Part shown: in pieces, positions 1 through 8,707 of the stretch
Layout of the letters: every line of letters begins with the position of its first letter
Position numbering within the stretch: the stretch's first letter is position 1
Source: Candidatus Thorarchaeota archaeon
Lineage (GTDB): Archaea > Asgardarchaeota > Thorarchaeia > Thorarchaeales > Thorarchaeaceae
Direction: 5' to 3'
Length of the DNA stretch: 64,000 nucleotides
NCBI GenBank assembly: GCA_011364905.1
Contig: RDNZ01000002.1
Span: 32,001 to 96,000, forward strand
Translations under genes and position numbers: made by a program
Notes under the pieces: generated by a model
What the model saw: the letters and a program-made list of their open reading frames with translations, nothing else
What the model was told of the DNA's origin: nothing
The model's database searches: none

Positions 1-33
1 AATACAGAGAGAGAATCATGATCAAGCCATGAA

Positions 34-1995
34 TTAGGCAACGACCTCTAATACTCCGTCGAGAACGAGTTTTGTTGCCACGAATTTCATTGCTGGGAGA
101 CTAACATTCAGCTTCTTGACGACATCTTGGAGAGGCATTGTCCCATCGCACAGGTCGACGAACTTGACCACAACATTGCCGTACGCCTTCTGGGTGTCTT
201 CATCGACTACACCCAACTTCTTTAGATGGCTTGTTGGACCTATCTCAACCTTGAAGTCAATCCAGCCATATTGATTCATAATTTGTAAGCATCCTAATAC
301 CGTTTCGCGGGGTAAATCAAGACTCCTCACAAGGCCACCCACAGTATCATTAGTTTCTATGGCAGTCTTGACATCAACTATTGCTTCACCAACTTGACGG
401 TTTTCAAAAGGTAAGGGTTTTCCTGCCTCGCGAGCGCGGACAATGTAGTCAAAGCTGACTGGTTTCAAGGGTATTCGAGTGAGTACATTGAACACAGCTG
501 GTTCAAAGATAGAGCTATTTCCATCCCATGAGTCCCAGACATTGTCATACTTCTGTTCTATCTCAAACAAGAGAGAAGTGAGAGTACTTCTTTGCTGATC
601 TTCTTCACTGTCATTTGTAACAATCAATGCGAGGACGAAGTGTCGTGACTTTTCAATCATGACAAGGTTACCCTCATGCTCAATGGTCTCAAGAGCATCA
701 GTTGCACTCGAACCATCCGGAGACTCGGCCTCAATACCAGCAAATGAGTCAAGCGCAGAGATAAGTGAGGCTACTGCATTTGTGTCAATCTCATCTTCTG
801 CATATTTGAGATGAAACGCAACATCAGGCATTCCCTCTTTTGGAACAATGAGTAGGAGGTGCAGGATTTTTGGCCGATCTGATATTCTAGTTGTCACTAC
901 TCGCTCGGTTGTAGTTGGCTGAGTGTCTGCCTCGGCGGCATCAGCTATTGCCATTGCTTCCGTAGCTGTTGGCACTTCTGTTTCACTTATTGCCTCAATA
1001 CTGTCTTCCGCATAAGGCACTGATTCGAAACCATGTTCTGCCGTACTAGCTTGAGTAGCAGCTTCCGCTGCACCACCAGGTTGAGCAATCTCTTCAGTCC
1101 CTCTCCTAACTGTAATCATTTCACTAATAGGTAAATCAGGAAGTGTCACACCTACAGTCCTAGCCGAAACATCAAGCATGAGCCGAATAAACTCCTCTCG
1201 TCTTGACTTATCAGTAGCAACCATGGCGAAGGTAGGAGCTCCAAGAAGGCGCTTTATTTTCTCTGCCTTCATCGACTCGGGTAGGTCTTGTTTGTTAGCT
1301 ATAATAAACAACGGAACTGCTGGTGCTTCCTTGCGAATGTTACGTAATAGTGACTTAGTCTGCATCACATTCCTGAAACTTGAATCAGTGATCAGGAAAA
1401 TGACGTCTGTCCCACTGAAATAGAAGGACCACAGATCTTGGAATACAGCCTGTCCTGCAAAGTCCCAGACTGTAACAAGGAACGTTCCAAACTGTATTGT
1501 TTCAGATGAATCCACTGCGACATTAATGGTGGGTACATACCCGCCTGGTGCAGGCTCTTTACCAAAAAGCAGGCGGAGCAGTGTACTTTTTCCTACGCCA
1601 CCACTTCCCACGAAGCTGACCTTGAATCGTGTGAATATGAGTTCGCCTAAAATGTCATCAAGATTGTCGCGGATGTATCCGACGCTGTTTCCTCGTAGAG
1701 CAGTAGATATTCGAGCAGCGCCTTCACGAACACGATACTGAATAACACGATCTTCGTCACGACCATCTGTGACAAAGAGAAGTAGCATATCACCATCTAC
1801 GGACCCATGGAAGACCTTGTGCTTTTCTGCTACAAAAACCGGTGTGTCCTCGGAAAGACCATCCGTTGAAAACAGATCGTGATAACCAGCAAGGAAGTCC
1901 TGAATGTCATGCTCAAGAAAGTCGATCTTCCAAAACCTAGTCCTGACCACTATGTTACCATCCGCCTTTTCAATGAGTAACACGTTGTGTATCAC
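34..1995 (-). CDS. Multidomain protein: longin-like domain + Arf-like small GTPase + acidic linker + second longin-like domain + two winged-helix-like domains
   Basis: G1 GSGGVGKS (aa130-137), G2 T156, G3 WDFAGQ, G4 NKQD, G5-like VAT; N-terminal MIHNVLLI strand and beta/alpha pattern of longin domains; C-terminal DG.M.L..V...L.......L...G.L helix pattern. Confidence 0.85.
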   Translation of the reverse strand: MIHNVLLIEKADGNIVVRTRFWKIDFLEHDIQDFLAGYHDLFSTDGLSEDTPVFVAEKHKVFHGSVDGDMLLLFVTDGRDEDRVIQYRVREGAARISTALRGNSVGYIRDNLDDILGELIFTRFKVSFVGSGGVGKSTLLRLLFGKEPAPGGYVPTINVAVDSSETIQFGTFLVTVWDFAGQAVFQDLWSFYFSGTDVIFLITDSSFRNVMQTKSLLRNIRKEAPAVPLFIIANKQDLPESMKAEKIKRLLGAPTFAMVATDKSRREEFIRLMLDVSARTVGVTLPDLPISEMITVRRGTEEIAQPGGAAEAATQASTAEHGFESVPYAEDSIEAISETEVPTATEAMAIADAAEADTQPTTTERVVTTRISDRPKILHLLLIVPKEGMPDVAFHLKYAEDEIDTNAVASLISALDSFAGIEAESPDGSSATDALETIEHEGNLVMIEKSRHFVLALIVTNDSEEDQQRSTLTSLLFEIEQKYDNVWDSWDGNSSIFEPAVFNVLTRIPLKPVSFDYIVRAREAGKPLPFENRQVGEAIVDVKTAIETNDTVGGLVRSLDLPRETVLGCLQIMNQYGWIDFKVEIGPTSHLKKLGVVDEDTQKAYGNVVVKFVDLCDGTMPLQDVVKKLNVSLPAMKFVATKLVLDGVLEVVA

Positions 1996-2099
1996 TGGTT
2001 ATCACACTCTTTCGTACATGAAGTAAATCCGTTTGGAGTTATCTATTTTTCTTGCCCTTTTCATCTTTTTTCCATCTAAGAACCTTATGTGTGCGTGCA

Positions 2100-3794
2100 T
2101 TACACCTCTTTTATTGTGATTATGTCGCGTCTATGCAGTTCAGCAAAGACGGTGACAAGAACACTTGGTTGAATCTTCAACTCCTTCGCAATCTTTTCAA
2201 TCGTATGTGTCCCGTCTACTAGTCCAACTATCTCATCGACCCGAGAATACAAAGAAAGGACCTCATCATCTGGCTCTTTTAGCAGAACAGGAGAGTCATC
2301 AGGTCCAATCTTCAGCTCAAACCGAATAGCACCCATTCGATAAAGAAGATGAATCGCACCCAATATCATCTCAGGTCGTTTGCCAGGTACCAAGACAGAC
2401 ATTGTCATCGTCCCATCTAACTTATTCCATACGGCTTCAACAAAATCTCGGACTGGTGGACTCTCAAAGCGGTCCCACAGGAGAGCTCGGGTCTGCTTGG
2501 GGGCCATTCGGGAGGGGATGGTCGTAGGCGGAAGTGTAGCCAATAGCTTTAGAGTAAATGGTGGCGACCGGAAAAGGTCGGTTGGGTCGTCCACAATATC
2601 GGGAACCTCATCCATGAAGAGGTCAGGAAGGAAAGAAAACCTCTCTCTTAGGGCTTCAACATTAACACCGGTTCCTGTAATCAACGTGTAGACATAATGC
2701 CCGCGTTCGATTGTAATATAGTTCAAGTTGCCTGTTCGAAAAACAGATGTTTCAGCTGGATTTGCTGTATCAAATTTGAATGCAGAGATCGCTGCTACAA
2801 TGTTAGGAGACATTTCCAAAAGGCGTGAGCGTTCATCGTAGTAGTAGCTGTAGGCAGCTTCGGCAGTTCGACGGTCAACAACAAAGAATGCTTGATGACC
2901 AACCTGTTCATCTTCGGGTTCTTCTTTTGTAGAGGTGCCATCAATCGATCTATCAATCTTCCAACGTTGATATGCAAGCTCAGGTTGCATATCCACAAAG
3001 CCTGCGATTGCCATCGAAGATAGGAGGAGATACGTTGGCTGAGAGGAAACATCTGATAGCTCGAGACCATATAGCTCTTCGTATTCTCGTGCAAGCTCAA
3101 GTTGGTCATCGGAGCCTGGGACAACGACCAATGTCGATGTGGACTTTTCTCGGATTCTCATGACAATATGTTCCACTCTATCAGCCGTGGGAAGAGGGGG
3201 AGAAATCACAAGAACAAAAAGCGAGGCACTGTCAAGTGCTTCTGTCCAACTACTCTTTGCGATATCATCGTAAGAGATTCTCATGACTTGTACTCCAAAT
3301 GGACCAACGGAAATTGGTGTAGAGTAGGAACGCCCCTTCTGGTGCAGGTTTTGTATAATAGAGTCCACTGCTGTGCCTGATTTGTCGTCGTATGACGGAT
3401 CAGAGCCGGTGATGAAGCAGATGCGGATTGGCTCCCGTATAATGCTCTCAGCAACCGCCTCGAATTCATCCTTAAAATCACGAACTGAAGACTTCTCAAT
3501 GTTCTTAGTTGAAACATCTTGAAGGTGCCTCATTCGTTCAATATCGGAATCAGGCAGCGGGGAGGTGTCGGATACACCAGCGACTATTGTCACATCACTG
3601 ACTGTACAAATACAAGTGCTTCTCTCCTCTATTTCAGTAGTCACAAAGTCCCGTGCTGAACTCTCCTGCATGAGTTGATAGTATGTTTCAATAATACGTT
3701 GGAGCAACTCATCCGATAGTTCCTCATTACCAAATGATATGGATGCCAATGCCTTGGAACCGAGAAGGTCGATAAGTATTGCATCAATTATCAT
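2100..3794 (-). CDS. Paralogue of 34..1995 with degenerate (pseudo-)GTPase domain; longin / pseudoGTPase / longin / WH / WH
   Basis: Collinear similarity to the neighbour: VGPFGVQVMRI vs FGTFLVTVWDF, WTEALDSASLFVLVI vs WSFYFSGTDVIFLIT, EMILGAIHLLYRMGAIRFELKIGP vs ETVLGCLQIMNQYGWIDFKVEIGP; no GxxxxGKS, DxxG or NKxD. Confidence 0.7.
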   Translation of the reverse strand: MIIDAILIDLLGSKALASISFGNEELSDELLQRIIETYYQLMQESSARDFVTTEIEERSTCICTVSDVTIVAGVSDTSPLPDSDIERMRHLQDVSTKNIEKSSVRDFKDEFEAVAESIIREPIRICFITGSDPSYDDKSGTAVDSIIQNLHQKGRSYSTPISVGPFGVQVMRISYDDIAKSSWTEALDSASLFVLVISPPLPTADRVEHIVMRIREKSTSTLVVVPGSDDQLELAREYEELYGLELSDVSSQPTYLLLSSMAIAGFVDMQPELAYQRWKIDRSIDGTSTKEEPEDEQVGHQAFFVVDRRTAEAAYSYYYDERSRLLEMSPNIVAAISAFKFDTANPAETSVFRTGNLNYITIERGHYVYTLITGTGVNVEALRERFSFLPDLFMDEVPDIVDDPTDLFRSPPFTLKLLATLPPTTIPSRMAPKQTRALLWDRFESPPVRDFVEAVWNKLDGTMTMSVLVPGKRPEMILGAIHLLYRMGAIRFELKIGPDDSPVLLKEPDDEVLSLYSRVDEIVGLVDGTHTIEKIAKELKIQPSVLVTVFAELHRRDIITIKEV

Positions 3795-3868
3795 GCCTGA
3801 TTCATCCTATTGAAATTCATTTTCCTTGAACTTGTTCTCTCCGACTGAATATTGTCATTCATCGCTAA

Positions 3869-5155
3869 TCAACCTTGTTCGGTTCTCTTTGCGATGAAGT
3901 AATCAAAGGAGATACTCTCGCGCATGAGTCTTTGATAGTCAGTATCTGTCCAATCAGATTGATACTCGATGATGTCATCACCACATCCTGAAAGAATTGG
4001 CGGCAAATCGGAGATTGCCTCTGATACATTTACAGGAGGGGGGAGATTCTCAGTTGCTAGTGAAACATCGTTTCTAGTTCTGCCGCGAACGATTGAAGCC
4101 AGATACTTCTTTGGAGTAGTAGGAATGGCCCTCTCTTTTTGCCCAACAACAAAAATCCGCCTTCGTCTCTGCGGAACTGCAAACTCCTCCGCCTTAAGAA
4201 CAAGGACAGCAACCGAATATTCCTCGATTCTTAAGAGATTGTCAATTGCATTCAAAACTGCTCCATTTTGCATCCTTTTCAGTCCAGGTACATTCTCTAT
4301 CACTACTGCATCGGGTTGTAACGAACGGACTAGGTCAAGCATTCCAAAAACAAGACGGTTACGAGAGTCTGATGCATTTCTATTACCAGCAGTGGAAAAT
4401 CCCTGACAGGGAGGACCCCCAACTAAAACATCTAATTGTTTTCCTGCAAGTGCACGCTCAATCTCTTCAAGAAGTTTTAGTGAATCTGATTGAACATGCA
4501 TATCAGCCTGAACTACTTTTGTAGTTGGATGATTATACGCATAGGTTTCACACATGTTAGAATTGGAATCCGCCGCTAGGATTACTTCATGTCCAGCCTG
4601 AACAAATCCCTCGGAAAGACCTCCCGCGCCAGAGAACAGATCCACAACCTTGCCCGGTTTGAACAGTTTGGCTACAGCTCCTGCTAATAATGGAGGTACT
4701 GCGTTTCCAATCTGCTTGTATCGTGAGCTTCTACTACCTAGAAATCTGAAACGGTCTGGAAAGGATTGCAATCTGGCTGCTTCACGCATGGATATTAGTC
4801 GGTCCTGTTTTGGATGGATGAAGGTCCCGTTTCCGGGGCGATTGAAATATGTGTTTATTGTATAACTGGGAAGATTGTCTTTCATACGTCCATAGTATGT
4901 TGTCCGACCGCCAGATTTGCGAATCTGAGTAAGACGAGCAGACTTTTTGATTACATGTGTTGGAATATTCTGCCAATTGCCGCCTTCTGGAACTGCTCGA
5001 ATCATTTCCATATCAAGTTCACTAAGAGTGGAGCATGTGTGATTAAACAGTACATCTGAGGGATTAAGCATCTCAGAATCTAGGACTGATTGCGATATCG
5101 AGTTCACAAGAAAACAAGTTTCAATGCGTGTATGTAAAATCATGTAAGACAACAT
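3869..5155 (-). CDS. Circularly permuted DNA (cytosine-5) methyltransferase, Alw26I/Eco31I/Esp3I type
   Basis: Motifs IX (REAARLQSFPD) and X (YKQIGNAVPP) precede I (DLFSGAGG), IV (GPPCQGFS), VI (ENV), VIII (QRRRR); alternative start ATG 5071. Confidence 0.92.
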   Translation of the reverse strand: MLSYMILHTRIETCFLVNSISQSVLDSEMLNPSDVLFNHTCSTLSELDMEMIRAVPEGGNWQNIPTHVIKKSARLTQIRKSGGRTTYYGRMKDNLPSYTINTYFNRPGNGTFIHPKQDRLISMREAARLQSFPDRFRFLGSRSSRYKQIGNAVPPLLAGAVAKLFKPGKVVDLFSGAGGLSEGFVQAGHEVILAADSNSNMCETYAYNHPTTKVVQADMHVQSDSLKLLEEIERALAGKQLDVLVGGPPCQGFSTAGNRNASDSRNRLVFGMLDLVRSLQPDAVVIENVPGLKRMQNGAVLNAIDNLLRIEEYSVAVLVLKAEEFAVPQRRRRIFVVGQKERAIPTTPKKYLASIVRGRTRNDVSLATENLPPPVNVSEAISDLPPILSGCGDDIIEYQSDWTDTDYQRLMRESISFDYFIAKRTEQG

Positions 5156-7354
5156 TCAGTTGATTAGAGTATCAAGTTCATGCAAGATCTCTGAAGCTTC
5201 AGATTCAGGCGTTGACCTCATCGCCAAAACGCTTTGAGCTTCCTTCACACTCAATCCATACAGAGCAAACACAGTTGACTCTATTCTCGGGGAAATTCGG
5301 TTTGCTTTATGATGCTTAACTCCTTTAATCAGCAATGATTTGAAGTTATTAGAAATTGGAGTACCAAAACCAGGGATTGGCAACTGCATTAATTCATGGA
5401 TTGAAACATGGTTATTGGTGTTAGTCAAGCCAAACCTCCAGTTCATTAGTTCCGAGTTGAGGATCCCAAGTAAATAGTAGCGATTAGATTCGCTTAATCC
5501 CTTGCTTTCAACAATGTAGTTACAAGAGTTGCCTAATATAGCATCAGTTGGAATTGAAGCAAATTTCAAACGCCACCTCTGTGATCTGTTGGATATTTGC
5601 TGACCAGCGATTCTTGGTTCTCCAATATGCCTCACTCGTGATGAAGTCCCGAGGCTCTTTCTCAACTTATGTACGTCTACAAAATCGATACCCTCAATGG
5701 GTCGTTCATGTAGTGAATATCGAGATATATCGGAACCTCGAATTAAGCGAAAATCTGTGGCGGAAGTTGTGACGCAATCACGATTAAGTGTCAGGTCGAG
5801 TTCTCCACGCTTTACTACCAGATTGTTAACGGAACCAATGGAGGGATGATTATGCAGCTTAGAAAGAAGTTCCCAGCCTATCTTATCCACATGAGGAATA
5901 GTGAACGATTGTCTAAAGGTTTTTTCAATTTTGGCGGCTGAGATTCTGATTGGCGCTTGAATATGTGTATCCTCAAAATCATTGAGATCAAAGCGAACAA
6001 GAAATGATTTAGTAGTCCCGCCCCGCTTCAATGTTATCACTGATACCGATTGGGTCACATCATCGAAGAGTCGTGAGTTTTCCGAGAATTCGTCAATACC
6101 CAGAAGGCGATTTTCTGCGAGTATTGACTTCCTCAAGGCGCGTGATGAGAGGTCTCCCAGAATTGTGGATGGTACGACGAATCCAATTGTGCCATTCAGT
6201 GCAATCAACTGAAGCGCTCGTTCAATGAATAGCCGATGAGTGTCAATCGTATACTTATTACCAAACTGATACTCACCCGAATCCCTGAAGTAACTGACAT
6301 CCTCACGTAGTCGTTCCCTATGCTTTGAGAAGCTGTCCAAATGAATGTCTCGATCTCCTGTGAGAAGATGTTCTCTCAAGAATTCAGCCAAGTTGGGTTT
6401 CAGTCGCTCGTACGGAGGATTCATCAAAATGAAGTCAAATCCACCATTGTCCAAGATTTCACCGAACTCGCCATGCCACTCGAAAGGGATTCGAGAACCA
6501 GCATCGGAAAAGAACTTCGTGTGGTCAGCTTCTCCGCTAAGTCCTTTGAGAGAGATGATGGAGTTGCCTTGTTTTAGTGATCGACCCAGCCGTGAAACAT
6601 CAAGATTACCGGGGGAAGTCTGAGCGAGTAGACGAAGTGAGATATCAGTTACCTCTAATGCTCCAGAATCAATGTCAACACCAAACATATTCTGGCGAAG
6701 GGCTTGTGAAAAATCCATTATACCAGCGTTTCTCAATTGGCGACGAGATGCACCGTTTTCAATGGCATTCTTGATTCCAGTTTTCATCGCATTCAAAAAT
6801 ACTCGCATTGCAGAAACAAGAAACACCCCTGTTCCACAAGCGGGATCAAGAACTTTTAGTGAGAGCATTTTTTGTAATGAAGAGAGACCCTTCCTTGAGG
6901 CACTTGACGCTAGTCCATTAAGAGTCGGTTCTAGGGTCTGCGATACAATATAGTCTGCAAGCTGTGGCGGAGTTGAAAATGCTCCAAGCGGTTTTCGCAA
7001 GGTACCCCTGTTATAAATTCGAGGAAGCGAGTAGCATCCATACGAGTATATCAATCCAAGGAGCCTGACTAAGTCATCCGTATCAAGTCCCTTGGGACTC
7101 GGAAGAGTGACTGTTTCTAATGCTTCTTGTGAAAGCTTAGAAACACGGTTCTGACTAACCTGTGATTTCTCAGCCTCATATGAAAGATGAGAAAATGAGT
7201 ATTCATTATCTCGTTGAAACGAGGACAAAACATGGGTCAAACTGGCTAGTCTGATTGCTTCTGACATTTCCAAAGGGCTTTCTGTGTATCCCTTGAGATG
7301 CTGATGGAATCCATTCAGTACCGCCTCTGCAATCTCATTCAGCCCATGACTCAC
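5156..7354 (-). CDS. DNA N6-adenine methyltransferase (gamma class, Alw26I/Eco31I/Esp3I-like)
   Basis: Motif I LDPACGTGVF, motif IV NPPY, C-terminal TRD with RGELDLT and LGNSCN; adjacent to permuted m5C MTase. Confidence 0.88.
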   Translation of the reverse strand: MSHGLNEIAEAVLNGFHQHLKGYTESPLEMSEAIRLASLTHVLSSFQRDNEYSFSHLSYEAEKSQVSQNRVSKLSQEALETVTLPSPKGLDTDDLVRLLGLIYSYGCYSLPRIYNRGTLRKPLGAFSTPPQLADYIVSQTLEPTLNGLASSASRKGLSSLQKMLSLKVLDPACGTGVFLVSAMRVFLNAMKTGIKNAIENGASRRQLRNAGIMDFSQALRQNMFGVDIDSGALEVTDISLRLLAQTSPGNLDVSRLGRSLKQGNSIISLKGLSGEADHTKFFSDAGSRIPFEWHGEFGEILDNGGFDFILMNPPYERLKPNLAEFLREHLLTGDRDIHLDSFSKHRERLREDVSYFRDSGEYQFGNKYTIDTHRLFIERALQLIALNGTIGFVVPSTILGDLSSRALRKSILAENRLLGIDEFSENSRLFDDVTQSVSVITLKRGGTTKSFLVRFDLNDFEDTHIQAPIRISAAKIEKTFRQSFTIPHVDKIGWELLSKLHNHPSIGSVNNLVVKRGELDLTLNRDCVTTSATDFRLIRGSDISRYSLHERPIEGIDFVDVHKLRKSLGTSSRVRHIGEPRIAGQQISNRSQRWRLKFASIPTDAILGNSCNYIVESKGLSESNRYYLLGILNSELMNWRFGLTNTNNHVSIHELMQLPIPGFGTPISNNFKSLLIKGVKHHKANRISPRIESTVFALYGLSVKEAQSVLAMRSTPESEASEILHELDTLIN

Positions 7355-7410
7355 TACAACATCCTCGACTTACGAAAGCGAGTGTCTCACAAAGGTGTTT
7401 TGCTTGATTC

Positions 7411-7779
7411 TTATTTTGCGTTTGCATCGCTCTGCATAATTCCCCAAAGGTTCCCTTCGGTATCCTTGAAGTATGCGAGATAGCCAACTCCAGGAATGAC
7501 AGACTTGGGTCTGACAATCAATCCACCATTCTCTTCTATTTGCTTCACCGTTTCATCAATCGATGATACATCTATGGTGTTTACCACGGCATCGTCCTCA
7601 CTCTGGCGAATACCGAAAGCACCATCTATTCCAGATTCTTTCTCATCTCCGGTCGTCAAGAACCAATAGTCCGTTGGCCCATCCCATTTTTGGACCTTCC
7701 AACCAAAGACTGTCTTGTAGAAGTTCGATATTCGATCTGCATCGTCCGCAACAATTTCAAAATGCACTACTCTTCCCAT
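7411..7779 (-). CDS. VOC/glyoxalase family protein
   Basis: VVHFEI...FY..VFGW and YFKDTEGN.WG motifs. Confidence 0.9.
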   Translation of the reverse strand: MGRVVHFEIVADDADRISNFYKTVFGWKVQKWDGPTDYWFLTTGDEKESGIDGAFGIRQSEDDAVVNTIDVSSIDETVKQIEENGGLIVRPKSVIPGVGYLAYFKDTEGNLWGIMQSDANAK

Positions 7780-7873
7780 AGGAATCAACCACAGAAGATG
7801 TTAACTATAGTGAATATTAGTGTTCTGCTTTGAGCGTGCGAGTTTTTTAGGCGGTTGCCCAATCTCATGAAGT

Positions 7874-8629
7874 ATGGTTTCGGAGAGCGAGATTGCTGAG
7901 CTTGAACTCTTAACATCGCATTACTGGCCAGCTAGAGAGATTGTTACCTACAAGGGGTGGGTGATTCAGTGGAATGATGGTATCACATGGAGGGCTAATA
8001 GCGTACTACCAAATGAATGGGAAGGCACGGTTGAAGTTGAGAAAGTGGTCGATTATGTTATTGAAATGTACAAGGAAAAAAACACCCAGCCAGCTTTCAA
8101 GATGTCACCAGCGAGCCAACCTCTGGGGCTCGACGAGCTACTTGAAAAAAAAGCGTTTGCCAAGAGAATGGTCACTCACGTACAAACTGTGGCTATTCAA
8201 GAGCTGTCCTGTTTGGATCCGCATCTACCAGTCGACCTCTTTAAAGTTAACAGCGAGTCCCTGAATGTACTAATGCACCAATCAGAGCGAGAGAGAGAAG
8301 AGATTGAAGGAAGAAAGGGAATAATCAATCGTATTGAAGGAGCCAAAAACATCGCACGAGTTATGATGCACGGAAAAATCGCAGGTGTGGGACTTGGTGT
8401 TGTCCAAAAGGACTGGTTGGGCTTGTTCTCTATAAGGACAATGCCGGAGTTTAGAAGGCGAGGAGTGGCTTGGTCAGTAAACTGTGCACTAGCAAATTGG
8501 GGAGAAGACCTAGGTGCAAACAGAGCATTCCTTCAGGTGGAAGCTGAAAACAGACCCGCTTTGAATCTGTACAAAACAATGGGATTCGAAACACTCTATA
8601 CATATTGGTATAGAATCCTTGAAATCTAA
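7874..8629 (+). CDS. GNAT family N-acetyltransferase
   Basis: RANSV N-terminal motif; RRRGVA, LQV...N..A..LY..MGF. Confidence 0.9.
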   Translation: MVSESEIAELELLTSHYWPAREIVTYKGWVIQWNDGITWRANSVLPNEWEGTVEVEKVVDYVIEMYKEKNTQPAFKMSPASQPLGLDELLEKKAFAKRMVTHVQTVAIQELSCLDPHLPVDLFKVNSESLNVLMHQSEREREEIEGRKGIINRIEGAKNIARVMMHGKIAGVGLGVVQKDWLGLFSIRTMPEFRRRGVAWSVNCALANWGEDLGANRAFLQVEAENRPALNLYKTMGFETLYTYWYRILEI

Positions 8630-8707
8630 TGTATTTCAGCATGGCGCTACTCATGGAATCCCCCTTGAAAGTGAGTGAGGTGCAATATCTGTTTCATGCA
8701 ATAGAGG

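Noticed and set aside
5156-5158. Selenocysteine recoding of the in-frame TGA
   Set aside because: Position is an interdomain linker, not a catalytic Cys site, and I could not identify a SECIS-like structure
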